Assembly (NCBI GenBank): GCA_964016885.1
Contig: OZ024743.1
Coordinates: 274,970,001 to 275,034,000 of the forward strand
From: Eledone cirrhosa
Taxonomy: Eukaryota
Direction of reading: 5' to 3'
DNA: 64,000 bases
Shown here in pieces: positions 1-15,909 of this stretch. Numbering within the stretch: position 1 is the stretch's first letter; each line of letters begins with the position of its first letter. The notes under the pieces are model-generated. The model was not told where the DNA came from. It searched no databases and was given only the letters and a program-made list of their open reading frames with translations. A program made the translations under genes and the position numbers.

Positions 1-432
1 GCCAGGTTTTTCGAGAAGTAATTTGATTGGTTGGTCAATAATTATAATAAATTTCGCGCCAGTTCGCGTTACAAAGTTCTTCAAACAAGGGCGGGGGATG
101 TCGCAGGTTGTTTTTTCATATATGAGTGTTTGAATTTCTTTTTACTTAAAAAAAGTGGGGCTCACGAAGGCTTTTTTTTAACAAACGTAATTTGATTGTT
201 TAAAAATGAAATTATGGCTGTCACGTGAACAAGTTTTCATTAAATTTTCGCGCCCTTATTTGGAAATCTATGTGCTTGTGTGTGTGTGTGTGTGTTGTGT
301 GTGTGTGTTTGAATTTCTTTTTACTTAAAAAAAAGTGGGCTCACGAAGGCTTTTCTTTAATAAACGTAATTTGATTACGTTTATTAAAAAAAGCCTTCGT
401 GAGCCCCCATTTTTTTAAGTAAAAAGAAATTC

Positions 433-514
<82 letters not shown>

Positions 515-1106
515 GAAACATACATATATTTACTTTATTCAATAGAAAATCTGAATTCTGACACCCCAGCGAACTAACCATATTCACTGAACCAGAACAA
601 TTCCCCCATCCAATTTCTTTTGACCATTATCTTTTACTTGTCATAAAATTCTCTAAAAAGGCTACAGAATAGATTTCCAAATAAGGGCGCGAAAATTTAA
701 TGAAAACTTGTTCACGTGACAACCATAATTTCATTTATAACCAATCAAATTACGTTTACTAAAAAAAAGCCTTCGTGAGCCCCCTTTTTTTAAGTAATAT
801 ATGAAAAAACAACCTGTGACAGCCCCGGCCCTTGTTTGAAGAACTCTGTAACGTGAACTGGCGCGAAATTTATTATAATTATTGACCAACCAATCAAATT
901 ACTTCTCGAAAAACCTGGCATTTCGAGCCACTTTTTCTATATAAAACAAGTAACATTCAGAGACCAACCAGATGTGAGAAAAACCACAGACCCTCCATCT
1001 CAACCCTACTTTTGAAAAGCAGAAGAACTGCGAAAGCGGTAAAGGAACCAAATAAATATATATATTTTTTTTTAAAAATAAGTTGCATTTTCGATTTCAT
1101 CCTTTT

Positions 1107-1110
<4 letters not shown>
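1..1110. mobile_element. Fold-back of PLE 3' UTR/pLTR (same family as 9570-10263); left arm runs off the window
   Basis: 1-~270 is the reverse complement of ~670-919; 500-1110 aligns with 9570-10200; ends in (TA)n. Confidence 0.8.
1008..1045 (+). ncRNA. Minimal type I hammerhead-like motif, U3-A8 variant (degenerate)
   Basis: ctt TTGAAAA gcag-aagaa-ctgc GAAA gcgg TA aag; paralog at 10095-10131 implies consensus GAAACCGGUA. Confidence 0.55.
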
Positions 1111-1155
<45 letters not shown>

Positions 1156-1453
1156 AAATGAAATTAAGGGTGTCATGTCTGAGAGACATGCGCCATATCC
1201 ACTGCAGAATAAGCTCAAAGATTCCAATGAATAGATTCGAACATTTTATATCAACTAGAAATAGATTGACATATATATATATATAAAATAAACATATGAA
1301 ACAATCACAGGGAATAATTTGTAAAGTGTGTAAGCACACATAGCTAGGTAGCTAACTAATTAAAGTTTAACTAGCTTCAAATATAGATATCTTTTTAAAT
1401 TATTGTTTCATATGTTTATTTTATATATATATATATGTCAATCTATTACTAGT

Positions 1454-1524
<71 letters not shown>

Positions 1525-1659
1525 TGCAGTTTCCATCATAAGGTATTTGGCAACTCGGGAATATAGTAGAAGATCCCAAGATAATGTGATACGGGACTGA
1601 ACCCTGGCCCATGTGCTTTCGAAAAGAACCCCTTTACCACACAGCCATGCCTGCACCTA

Positions 1660-1739
<80 letters not shown>

Positions 1740-2147
1740 TAGGTGTGTGCGTCTGTGTTTGACAGAGTGAGAGAGTATATGTGTGTGAGAGAGAGTATAT
1801 GTATGTTTGTGCGTGTTGTGAGTATATGTGTGTTTGACAGTGTGAGAGAGTATGTGTGGGTGAGTATGCGTATGTGAGAGAGAGAGAGAAAAAAAGAAGG
1901 GGAGGGGTGTTGTTTCTGTACACACATACATATTTAATGAAGTGCTTATATATGTAGCTCTGATCTGAAGTTCCCATAATCACAATGTTCTGTGTCAGTT
2001 ACACTGCACACCAACGTAGAAGCCCGGCTATATTAAACAGCTCCTCAGCTTTGACGGTAAACTTCAGTCCGTTGCAAAGTTTATTGCCGCCATTGCCTCT
2101 TGGGTGGACTTGAATCAGTTTTCTAATTCCTTTCTTTATTTTCATGT

Positions 2148-2580
2148 TAGGGTTGGGGTTAGGATTAGAGTTAGGATTAGGGTTTAGGTTTAGGGTTAGG
2201 GTGCGAGTTACGGTTAGGGGTTAGGGATTAGGGTTAGGGTTTAGCGTTAGGGTTAGGGTTACGGATAGGGTTACGGATAGAGTTAGGGTTAGGGTTAGAG
2301 ATAAGTTTAGAGTTAGGGTTAGGGGTTAGGGTTAGAGTCTGTGTTTGAGATAGGGTTATGGTTATGGTGAGGCTTAGGATTACGGTTAGGGTTAGTTTTA
2401 GGGTTTGGTATAGGGTGAAAGTTAGGATTAGGGCTAGAATTAGCGTTAGGGTTAGGGTTTGGATTGGGGTTCGGGTTAGGGTTACGAGTAGAGTAACTTT
2501 TATGCTCAGGGTTAGTGCTGGGGTTAGAGTTACGTGTAGGGTTAAGGTTAGGTTTAACGTTAGGGTTAGAGTTAGGTTTC
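2148..2580 (+). repeat. Degenerate interstitial telomere-like (TTAGGG)n tract
   Basis: About 430 bp of TTAGGG and one-mismatch variants (TTAGGA, TTAGAG, TTACGG). Confidence 0.85.
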
Positions 2581-2817
2581 GGATGATGATTCGGGAGACA
2601 CCGCTATCACTTTTTTCCAGATTAGAATCATGGGCCTAGATCTTCATGAGTATTGTTGGAAATGTCCATGTCCCTGACCGTCAACAGGGAGGATGGGATG
2701 AGACCAGATCTTCTGTAAGAGAAGTAATTGATGCTACGCCTTTTTCTCTAAACTAAGCTATAAAATAACATAAAATGTGCTTGAGACTGTGTCAGTGGGG
2801 TTTGGCGTTTGAGCCTC

Positions 2818-4120
<1,303 letters not shown>

Positions 4121-4466
4121 GCGATACTTCAAAAGTTTCAACATTTCCATACAATTACGTATGTTGTCTCTCAGTCTGTATGGATCGCTTCCGTTTTAGA
4201 TACGATTGGAATCGGAAGTTATTACTAGAGTGTCTGGGAGGTTGGGTGGAGCGAGGATGGGGATGGCTTTATAACACCACTAGCTGGCTGTTTGATTGTT
4301 TGAGGGATGACGGTAAATTAAATAAAGGGCGCCCTTGAATAAGGTTCGAGTGACCCAGATTTGTATCCCTTTGATAATACGTTACTCCCACCATTTTGAA
4401 ATATTTGTTGTTATTTATTTTAGTAGTAGTAGTAGTAGTAGTAGTAGCAGTAGCAGTAGTAGTAGT

Positions 4467-4501
<35 letters not shown>

Positions 4502-5299
4502 CAGCAACAGCAGTAGTAGTAGTAGCAGCAACAGCAGCAGCAGCAGTAGTAGTAGCAGCAGTAACAGCAGCAGCAGTAGTAATAGTAGTAGCCTTTGTTG
4601 ATGTATGTAATGTTTTGTGAGTTGCTCTGCAATAGATTTGTGTTTTCCAATACATATTATCAGAGCCTATACATAATCATTCGGTGTGCTAAAAATAACA
4701 ACTAAATCTTCAAATCACACCGCCAAAAAGAGAAGGGCACATTAGATCACGAAGTCTTATATAAAAAAAGAAATGAAAGATAGCCACAGATGGAAGCCTG
4801 GTTGGGCTTGACTTGAAATTTAACAAAGAACAACATTTATTACACCTAATCTTCTCTCAGGAAGAACAAGTTTCCCGTTCTTCCTTCCCACCAGGTGGAG
4901 GTAGAAATAACATCTCCCTTCTCTCCAAATAAGGTTAGGGATAGTGATGCTAAATTAGCACGAAACGCGTTAAATTTTATGCGTTTTAACAGCGCTTAGC
5001 GTGTAATTACTTTATTTAGCGCTATTTTACCTTTTTAGCATTTTGTTTTAGCACGTTTTTATTTTTCCTGGTGTCTCCGAATTAGATATAAAAATCATTA
5101 ATCTTTTGCAGGAATCCATCTCTACGAATATCAATTATACATATCTGTGTATCTATTATAAGTTACTGTTCTGATCTCTCCACCTCAACTCTCGATTAAC
5201 TGGCTAAACGATCTGTCGGTGTTTCAATAAAATATAGACATCAAAAGCAATTAGCTACTGTCTCCCTCTATCACTCTCTTTTTTTCTGTCTCTGTCCAT

Positions 5300-5348
<49 letters not shown>

Positions 5349-5630
5349 CGCTCGCTCTCTCTCCCTCTCTCTCTGTCTCTCTCTGTATGTACGTATGTAT
5401 ATATATATATATATGTGTGTCTGTGTATTATAGGGTAAAATGATAGGAGGCCGGACAGGATGTATTCCTGTTATTTTACCCTATAATATAATTCATTCCG
5501 TTCCTGCACCATCAGCATGATTCAACATCAGAGATGGATGAGTTGCATAGCGTCGAGTGCTTTCATAATAATACATCATGACTTCGAGGAAAGACCAATT
5601 CTACCCAGTGGTGAATCACCAAACTTAATC

Positions 5631-5719
<89 letters not shown>

Positions 5720-5721
5720 AG

Positions 5722-5845
5722 ACATATGTTGATGCCCTAAGGACAGACACCGGTCTCTTGGAGACGCAGGACATGGCAGCGATGATGAAGGACAGAGACC
5801 ACTGGAGAGAACTCGTCCATGGATCTCGGGAATTTTCCCCGCCCT
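5722..5845 (+). mobile_element. RTE-clade LINE 3' fragment
   Basis: Encodes YVDALRTDTGLLETQDMAAMMKDRDHWRELVHGSREF; reverse complement of ~62932-63055. Confidence 0.75.
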
Positions 5846-5852
5846 ATATATA

Positions 5853-6348
5853 TAAGTTATGGAGAGCTAAATCACCTGTTATATATAGTGACCAACGCAT
5901 AGCTTCCTCTGTTTTTTGTGTGCTTTAAAACTTTTTCTTTTTTCTTTTTTAATTTTTTTATCTCTTCATATTATTATTTTCCTTTTACATTTTATTATAT
6001 TATTAACTATTGTTTATACTTTTTATTAACTATTGTTTATACTTTTTGCATTTATGTGCCCTCACGTGGTTCTGCATCTTGTGAAAATATCTGCCTGTAC
6101 CATTGCATTTAGCTGTAGTGCTGAATAACAACCCCACTATGCACTCTCTCCATACTCGCCATTCCCGATCTCCCTCTTGTTGCCCTCTATTGTATTTCTA
6201 ATGTTCATGTGACTAAGCTTGGTAGAGCTTATACTCAGCACGGTATTTTTGTTTATAAAGCTCTGATGATTCCTGCCCAATGGTATGGATGAAACATTGT
6301 CAGCAAATAAAAATTGTATGAGTATGTAGGCGTTCTTTGATTTCTTTT
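5853..6348 (+). mobile_element. Solo PLE pLTR-like fragment in (TA)n
   Basis: Flanked by (TA)n; HHR followed by AATAAA; 3' end resembles 36945-37017. Confidence 0.6.
6260..6304 (+). ncRNA. Minimal type I hammerhead ribozyme
   Basis: gct CTGATGA ttcc..ggat GAAA cattg TC agc; GUC site; stem I gct/agc. Confidence 0.8.
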
Positions 6349-6400
6349 ATATATATATATATATATAGTTAGAGAAGCAAAAATTGCTTATTGTGATCCA

Positions 6401-6431
<31 letters not shown>

Positions 6432-6444
6432 TCTCCTGCTCCTC

Positions 6445-6625
6445 TTTCTTCATCTTCTTCGCCAACTTAAACCTTAAAAGGTCGTGGAAGCAGAGTCCTC
6501 AATCACTCCTTCCAGCGAGTCCTGTCTGAAGCAACCGTCTCCAAATGATCCGGCTGGATCCCCAAGCAAGACTAGCCAAGCTCATGGATGTTATCCAACC
6601 ATCTTGTTTGAGATCTGCCTCTGAG
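6445..6625 (-). mobile_element. RTE (Expander/Rex3-like) LINE 3' fragment
   Basis: Minus strand reads RGRSQTRWLDNIHELG*SCLGIQPDHLETVASDRTRWKE*LRTLLPRP, typical of RTE C-termini. Confidence 0.65.
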
Positions 6626-7379
6626 TTACATGCTGCGAGTAGGTTTATTTTCATGAGTGGGCATTTTCTGAACATTTCTGGTTTATTGTTCAGATAATTG
6701 TATTTTTCACTATTGCAAAGTGAACCCTATTTTGTTGCTTTAATTTAAGGCTTGGTCCTCTCCAAGATGCTTCATTCTACTTTGTATGTTATGTTCTTGT
6801 CTTAAAGATCCCATTTTCGGGTGGCCAGTGCCGTTCTTATCATATGTTGATGCCTAAATGACGCGATATGTGAGTAGTACCGCAATTTAAAGCTAGTTGG
6901 ACATTTACACTTGTTATAATCGTGGCTGCATAGACGACTGATTTGACGTCTTATTTTTGTTGTAGGGGCAATTCCGCTTTTTTCTTACATAAGCATATGG
7001 GTTTCCCTCTGATGCTCTTTTTGCAGTTAATTTTGACATCATCTATTGGTCGCAAGAGTAGCTAACTTTCGCCACTGACTGCTTAATATCTTAATATACT
7101 CATACTGACGTGTGAAGTGTTTGTATATAGTTGTAAACATTTTCTACCTTAGTTGGCCTTCATTGCTAAGGAGTAGAGTGGTGTGAAACAGATGGTTTTT
7201 GTATTCCTATTCTTACTTTTATTTTGGTTGCTAGTTTTTGGTATATATTTAATCCTAACATTGAAACCACTATCCCTAAGAGATTTATTATAATATGGGG
7301 GGGGGTCCTTGTCGAATAGCTCTTTAGGGGAAGATAAAATTGAAATCCTACGACTAATGTTAGGGACAAGGTTTTAAAA

Positions 7380-7785
7380 CACTACTGGCAGGTGGTAGGA
7401 TCTTCTGTTAATTCATCATTGGGCTTATACTTGGGTCTATGTGTACATAATTTTGTCGGAGAGGGTGTGGAGTTTAGAGTAAACCTTTATTTTTTGAAGT
7501 TCGTCCTTCAGGTGTGCCTGGAATTGTGTGTTGGCTCTACGGAACCTGATATTTTTAATCATTCGGAAGACGTCTTCTTCGAATGGTTCGAACAGGCTGT
7601 TGTTAGGTGGTTCCTTGTTGGTTTTAAATCCAAACTTTTCCTTATTGTTCGATGTTGCATCAGAGCAGAGTGGTCGAAGAAAAAGACTCCATCAAATTCT
7701 CTTGATGAACTCACTTGTCCGCCTGATTAGAGGTTTTAGTCTTTTTTTTTATTTTGGAATGGTGATGTTCTTCATGGAATTATAT
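7380..7785 (-). pseudogene. Decayed N-terminal ORF fragment of a PLE (Naiad-like, tentative)
   Basis: Minus strand reads SMKNITIP...KEKFGFKTNKEPPNNSLFEPFEEDVFRMIKNIRFRRANTQFQAHLKDELQKI, with stops and frameshifts. Confidence 0.55.
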
Positions 7786-7793
7786 ATATATTG

Positions 7794-7861
<68 letters not shown>

Positions 7862-7866
<5 letters not shown>

Positions 7867-10257
7867 GTACAAAAGCCGCTCCAACTTATGCCAACTTAGT
7901 CATGGCATACTTAGAAGTCCAGATATATGAACAGTCCAAATCAAAATACGGATTGAACTTCCACAAATATTTATCAGAGAATTGGAAACGCTACTTGGAT
8001 GAGTGTCTCATTCTTTGGTCCCACACATTCGACCAACTGAAGGATTTCAAAATTTAATAAACGGCATCAATAACCACATCCAATTCACAATAGAATACAG
8101 CCAAGATCAACTCCCATTTCTGGACATCTTAATCTTAAAAAAAGACACAAATATTGAAAATGACATACACTACAAACCAACAGATTCCAAACAATACCTG
8201 CTATTCACCTCCAACCATCCAAAGCACACGAAGACGAACATTCCTTTTAACTTAGCAAGAAGAATTTGCACAATTGTCTCCAATTATAAAACGCGAAATA
8301 GAAGACTTCAAGAATTAAAGGAAATTCTACTCGAAAGATAGTACCCACCATTACTAATAAATAATGGAATAGAAAGGGCTAAAGCAATAGACATTGATGA
8401 ATTACGAAAACAGAAACAAATTCAAGGTACGTCCAATATTCTATCATATATCTCAACACACAACCCAAGAAATACGGAAGCTTACAACACTATTCACAAG
8501 AACATCCCACTACTAAAACAAGACCCAAGAATGAAAAAAGCCCTTGAAACACACAAAATAATCAAAAGCAAAAGACAACCGAAATCACTGAAAACATTAC
8601 TCACCAATGCCAAATTACCTACCACAAACCCACAACCACTTGTCAAAAAATGTGGTCGTTCTAATTGTGGAACCTGCACTCACCTCATTGAAGGCAACAC
8701 GTATACATTTAAATCAGGACAAAATTTTGCTGTAAAAAATCATTCATCAAAAAATCTATTTTATGCCATTAAATGTAAAGAATGCAATGAAGATTATATA
8801 GGACAAACTAAACTCACACTCAGAAACAGAATGACAGTTCATCGCCAACAATTACGAGATCCAACCACGAGACAGATACCACTAAGCGCACATCTACACA
8901 TCTGCGCAAGTAATAAGACACCCAAATTCCAAGTCTTCCCATTTTACCTTTGCGCTGACAATACAACAGAACAAATACGAATAAATAAGGAAAATATGTT
9001 TATTCAAAAATATAGACCAGCATTAAATATGGTTTAATATACATTATGTCAACACCATAACATGCTAACCATCCAAACAGACACATACACACACACACAT
9101 AACACCTGCTATTTTAGAAAATAAAAACCCGAACTAAATAAATCTTAACATACGTTTGCACTGACAATACAACAGAACAAATACGAATAAGTAAGGAAAA
9201 TATGTTCATTCAAAAATGTTCCTACTAACGGAATCATTTTCCTACACACACACACACACACACAATATATATATATATATATATTCTCTTCATCTTAACA
9301 TGCTAACCATACACCCACACACATATAACACCCATACACACACATAACAACCCCCCCCACACACACACACAACTCCCTCCCCCATTTCTACTAATAGAAT
9401 CACTTTCCTACACACATATATACACACACACAAAATATATATATTCTCTCCATCTTAACATACTCCCACACACACACACACACATAACACCCATATACAC
9501 ACACACACAACTCCCTCCTCCATTTCTACTAATAGAATCATCTTCCTATACACACACACACACACAAGCACACAAATAAACATACATATCTTTACTTTCT
9601 TTATTTCAATAGAAAATTTGAATTCTGACACTCCAGCCAACTAACCATATTCACTGAACCAGAACAATTCTCCCATCCCATTTCTCTTGACCATTATCTT
9701 TTGCTTGTCATAAAATTCTCTAAAAAGGCTACAGAATAAATTTCCAAATACGGGCGCGAAAATTTAATGAAAACTTGTTCACGTGACAGCCATAATTTCA
9801 TTTATAACCAATCAAATTACGTTTATTTAAAAAAAGCCTTCGTGAGCCCCCTTTTTTAAGTAAAAAGAAATTCAAACACTCATATATGAAAAAACAACCT
9901 GATCCCCCCCCCCCCCTTGTTTGAAGAACTTTGTAACGCGAACTGGCGCGAAATTTATTATAATTATTGACCAACCAATCAAATTACTTCTCTAAAAACC
10001 TGGCGTTTCGAGCCACTTTTTTCCATATAAAACAAGTAACATTCAAAGACCAACCAGATGTGAGAAAAACCACAGACCCTCCATCTCAACTCTACTTTTG
10101 AAAAGCAGAAGAACTGCGAAACCGGCAAAGGAACCAAATAAATATATATATTTTTTAAATAAGACTCCAGTTACATTTTCGATTTCATCTTTTTTCTTTA
10201 TATTTTCACTCGTGTAGGACACCTCGGTTATTTTTGATTTTGTAAAAAAAACCTAAC

Positions 10258-10263
<6 letters not shown>
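7862..10263 (+). mobile_element. 5'-truncated PLE (Neptune-like): RT C-terminal half, GIY-YIG endonuclease and 3' pLTR
   Basis: MGTKAAPTYANL, WKRYLDE, LPFLDIL, YKPTDSKQYL, SNHP, Cys linker KCGRSNCGTC, YAIKC..YIGQT..R..H; frameshift near 8050 and stop at 8341; (TA)n on both sides. Confidence 0.9.
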
Positions 10264-10314
<51 letters not shown>

Positions 10315-10685
10315 GTCAAGAAAACGACAAAACAGAGATACCAAAAGTCTTATTAGTTTCACGCTTTATATGGATGGAAACAGAAAATAAAAGGTAGTCC
10401 GTGGTAAAACAATGAACATATACATAGAGGTAGATATAAAGAATTCAATACCTAAAATCAAAATGACAGACCTATTTATAGATAGAGTAACAACAACAAC
10501 GGCAATAACGGCAACAACGTTAACAGCATTTAACGATTTCAGAAAAATACTTGAATGGAAAGGAGAAAGAAAAAACAGAAGAAAGAGCAGAGGGAAATGA
10601 GAGTGCAATAAATAAATAATTAGATAGATAAGATAGGTACATACATATGTAGTGAAAGAAAGATAGACGCATATTTGTATGCCCG

Positions 10686-10766
<81 letters not shown>

Positions 10767-10837
10767 GCGTGTGTGTGTGCGTGTATATATATGTATGTGT
10801 GTGTGTATGTATGCATATATATATATATATGTATGTG

Positions 10838-10881
<44 letters not shown>

Positions 10882-11580
10882 CATATATATATGTATGTAT
10901 GTGTATGTGCGTGTGTGCATATATATATATATATATATATTTGTATGTGTGCATATATATATATGTGTGTGTATGTATGTGAGTGTGTTTGTGTGTGTGT
11001 ATGTATTTATTATATACATGCCAGTGTGTGTGTGTGAACGAGAGAGTGATAGAGTATATAGATTGAATAGAGATAAAGATAGATAGATCTAAACACCAGG
11101 AAGTCATGGAGGTTTTCTGTATCCCATTTGACATATGGCTGACATTTGTGGCGATTTTAGAAGCTTCTTTTCCGACTTTAGCATAGCTTGACATTTTAGC
11201 ACCGCTTAGACGACGTACAACGACGTCTTCACTCGGCCTTCCAGCCTCCTGCTGTTTAAAGTGATGCTGGCTACAGATAATAGTTTACTGTATACTTATC
11301 TCGCTCCTTCTCTAATCAGATCTACGTAGACAACTTTATTTATCATACATACATATATACATACATAGATACATCCATCCATACATACATCCATAGATAC
11401 ATCCATCCATACATACATCCATACATACATACATAGATACATACATACATACATACATACATACATACATACATACATACATACATACATACATACATCC
11501 ATCCATACATACATACATACATACATACATACATACATACATACATACATACATACATACATACATACATACATACATAC

Positions 11581-14500
11581 ATGATGATGGCTGCCCCTCG
11601 TTATCGAGTATGGCCATTGCACGAGGAGAAAGAAAAAAAAAAAATAATAATAATAATAATAAATAAATAAAAATAAAATTTAAAAAAAAATAAAAAATAA
11701 AAATAAATATATATGTATATACATATACATACATATATACACACACACACACACATACTCACACACACATATACACACACACATACATTAATAACAATAA
11801 TAATAATAATAATAACAACAATAATAATAACGACAACAACAATAATAACATACATATACATATATATATACACACACACGCACACACATAAGCATATCTA
11901 CACACACACACACACACACGATAGCAACTAACAGCGCTGCGATCGAATGTGGCTTTTTAGCCCAGCCAATGATCTAAAATGTCTTGCACAGAGTCGGCAA
12001 CCAAAACATTCACTGGGAATAGTCGGCTGTGGTTGGAGTTCGTGTACTTTTGCAATTCGCTTGAGCCCTCCTGCTGATTTACATTCTCTACCACATGTTT
12101 GGCAAGCATGATGAGTAGCATCTCCAACAGCAGCCTGGTAGTCAACCACTGGTCTTACTTTATGACTGCGAAGATGACTTTCGAGTCCAGCTTTGCTTAG
12201 GCAGAGTCTCGCACATACGCTGCATGTCAGCACCACAGGAGGACCCTCGCCGTCTGGAAGAGCAACAGCAATGCCCTTCCTCACATCCCGCTTTACTTTC
12301 TCGTATGCGATTCGAGATGCTTCAAAGGCAACTTTTCCCTCATATACAGTCTTTCTCCATTTATTACGATCAGCAGCAATATTCTCCCATGTATCAGCAG
12401 AGATGTTAGCGTCTTTCAGAGAGGCTTTCAAGGAATCCTTATACCTCTTTTTTGGTTTATGTGGCGGTCGTTTTCCTTTAACCAACTCTCCAGAAAAGAG
12501 TTGTTTTGGTATTCTAGAATCCTTCATCCTGGCAAGGTGACCACTCCAACGGAGTCGTTGCTTAAGCACAAGAGCTTCTATACTGTCACACATAGAGCTT
12601 TCCAAAATCTCGACATCACTGATGTGGTCCCTCCAGTGAACGCCATGGATCCGTCTGAGACACATCTGATGGAAACGCTCCAATTGCTTAAGGTGGTGTC
12701 GATATGTGACCCAGGTCTCGCAGGCATAAAGAAGACAAGAGAGCACACATGCCCTGTACACCTTTACCTTTGTCCTCCTGCATATGTCTCGCCGACCCCA
12801 GAGTCGCCTTTCTAGCTTTCCGAAAGCATCACTTGCTTTCCTAATCCTAAGTGAGATTTCACTGTCAAGGTTGCTGTAACGATTGACAGTGCTTCCCAGG
12901 TAGACAAACTGATCAACCACTCCAAATCGTTTGCCATACACATAGATGTTTGGTTCAGTGTACTGCTTACCAGGGGCAGGTTGGTACATGACGACGGTTT
13001 TCTTGATACTGACAGTCAGGCCTAGGGCAGTGCAAGCGTCAGAAAATGCATTCAAAATGTGCTGCATATCACTCTCTGTGTGCGCTACAAGATCGCAATC
13101 ATCTGCTTACAAGAGGTCTCTTATGATTGATGTAAATACTTTTGTCTTCGCAGCAAAGCGCCTGATGTTAAATATGCTGCCTGAGGTTCGATATCGGATG
13201 TAAACACCATGCTCGCAATTCCTGAATGCAATACAGAAAACCATTGCAAAGTATATGGCAAACAGGGTCGGTGCTGGAATATCCCCCTGTTTCACTCCAT
13301 TTTTTACTGAGAAAGGCTCCGACATGTTAACCCCGACATTAACCCAAACATTCATGTCGTCATGGAAAGACCTAACTAAAGCAAGGAACTTATCAGGGCA
13401 ACCAAGTTTCTGGAGAACCTTCCATAATGCATCTCTGTTAACAGTATCGAAAGCTTTTGTCAGATCGACAAAACCCTGATACAGATCCAAGCCTTGTTCC
13501 ATGCACTCCTCCTGGAGCTGTCTAGCTGAGAAGATCATATCAGTAGTGCTGCGTCCAGCACGAAAAACAGATTGACTTTTAGGAAGAACACAATCTGCAA
13601 TTTGTGTCAGCAGACGGTCCAGAAGCACCCTACATAAAACTTTCCCTACGACAGAAAGCAATGATATACCTCTGTAGTTCCCACAATCGTTCCTGTTACC
13701 CTTTCCCTTGTACAAAACCACCATTACTGCATCTCTCCAGTCCTCAGGTACGGATTCATTAGCCCATATCCTGCCAAACAAAGAGTGAAGATGTTGCAGG
13801 AGTCTCTCACCACCATATTGTAGGAGCTCAGCGTGTATGCCATCTATACATGGAGATCTTCCACTGTTCAGCTTCGAAATAGCCACTGCAACCTCCACAA
13901 GCGTCGGAGGTTCTGCGAGAGCTACTTTCACAGGACTTTCTGGAATGAGATTGAATAAATCATCACTGACGACAGACGGCTGATTCAAAAGATCATCAAA
14001 GTGCTCTCGCCACCTTCGTAGAATTCCCTGTGAGTCACGAAGCAGTTCTTTGCCATCCTTGCTGCGAAGGGGTGTCACCAGAGAAGAAGACGGTCCATAA
14101 ACCTCACGCAAGAGACTGTACAACAGCTTTGTGTTATTGAAATCAGACGCAGTTTGTATCTCACCAGCCTTCTCACTCCACCACTGATCCTTCATCTGAG
14201 AAAGACTCCACCTAACACGTGATTTTACATCCCTGAGTTCCTCATGCAACGTATTCCTCTCCTGTGGTTTTGCCGTCAAGTAGCGTGACAGAGCACGCCT
14301 CTTATCAGCCAACAAGTCTTCTATATGTACATCATTCTCATCAAACCAGTCCTGATGTTTCCTCTGCGCTAATCCGAGAACACGCCTGCCTACATCATAA
14401 ACCGACTTTTTAAGGGTCGGTCAATCCTCACCAAGATCTGCAGCCTGCATCTCTTCTTCCAATGTCCTCTTCACATTTTTATCCTTAAGACGAGCAGCAT

Positions 14501-15515
14501 TCAATGTTTTGGGCAGGGCAACACCAGGAGCCCGGATTTTACGTTTAGTGATTAGTTTCACTTTTGCGCGTACCAGGCGGTGGTCCGTCCAGCACTCAGC
14601 TCCACGAAGAGCACAAACACACTGCACATCCTGTCTGTCACGCATCCTGAGTAGGATGTAGTCCAAAAGATGCCATTCCTTAGATGCAGGATGCATCCAT
14701 GTGGTCTTGAATTTGTTCTTTTGTTGGAACATGGTGTTGGTAACACACAGATCCAGCTCCTCACGCATCTGCAGCAGGAGCATACCATTGCTGTTACACT
14801 TTCCCACCCCATGCCTTCCGATTACATTCCATGTGTTAAAATCCCTACCTACTCTAGCATTAAAGTCACCAAGCACGATGACTTTGTCTGCCTGAGGGAT
14901 ATTTCTTAAAACACCTTTCAAGGCATGGTAAAAGGACACCTTTTCCTCATCGACAGAACTCATAGTTGGAGCATACACACTCACCAGGGTCGCATATCTT
15001 CCCTTGTCCAGCGGAACTCTCATGGACATAAGACGCTCACTAATCCCTACTGGGAATTCTTCTAATTTGTTCACAAGTACAGTCTTAACAGCAAATCCTA
15101 CCCCAGCCTCTCTTCTGGTTCCTTCATCTCTTCCTTTCCAGAAGAATGTATATTCTCCACAAAATTCCGTAAGATGACCATCTCCAGCTAACCTCGTCTC
15201 AGATAAAGCCACGATGTCAAGATCGTAACGTCGAAGCTCCTTTGCAACAAGAGCGGTCCTTCGTTCAGGACGCCCTAAGGAATCCCTGTCAAGCAGCGTC
15301 CGTACGTTCCAGCAGCCAAGACTAAATGCCCTGTTTGGCTCTATTACAATGGCACGACGACGAGCGGGCCCAGGCTGTGATAACCTGGGGCCCCTGCCTT
15401 TATTGCCAATGATCTTTTTTGTTCCAGAACCTAAATTGCCAATTATCTCTTTTATATTGTTCTGGAACATCATTGAATTGGAAAAAAAAAAAAAAAAAGT
15501 AATAATAATAGTAAA

Positions 15516-15561
<46 letters not shown>

Positions 15562-15818
15562 GTACACTATTAATAATTATTAATGCACTCGTGCAATGCC
15601 TGTGCGTGACGAATATTTTTAAAGTGAGGAAAGACTGTGCACTGAGCCAATCCCACTCTCTGAGCGACAGTAGCTATAACCCGAAAAGAAGAAAAGATCA
15701 ACATCATCGGTAACTACTGAGCCGCAGGTTTTATGTCGGAGTTAACCCAGTTTCCTGAGATGCCTTCTCCTAGAAGAATGCCCTGACAAGGGCTAGGGGT
15801 TCTTCACTCCCAGAGGTT
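11581..15818 (-). mobile_element. Near full-length RTE-clade LINE with 5' UTR and 3' tail
   Basis: APE-RT ORF at 15473-11928; 3' stem-loop ctcg-ataa-cgag then (CAT)n/(ATGT)n near 11581; 5' UTR 15590-15818 is homologous to the 610-bp repeat. Confidence 0.85.
11928..15473 (-). pseudogene. RTE ORF (AP endonuclease, reverse transcriptase, 3 C2H2 zinc fingers) broken by two in-frame stops
   Basis: WNVRTLL, ALSETRL, GDFNARVG, NYRGISLLS, FVDLTKAFD, GVKQG, L*ADD; the three track ORFs share one frame (1182 codons); stops at 14421 and 13107. Confidence 0.92.
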
Positions 15819-15857
15819 TAATACATACATACATACATACATACATACATACATACA

Positions 15858-15888
<31 letters not shown>

Positions 15889-15909
15889 GTACGTACATAC
15901 ACACATATA

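Noticed and set aside
1247-1460. Short inverted repeats (also 63491-63719)
   Set aside because: Probably the same fold-back class, but I found no ribozyme or family marker to orient them
2358-2639. Val-Arg repeat ORF
   Set aside because: Translation of TTAGGG-like repeats
13105-14423. Programmed readthrough or selenocysteine at the RTE in-frame stops
   Set aside because: TAA replaces the Tyr of YADD and TGA probably replaces Trp; point mutations explain both
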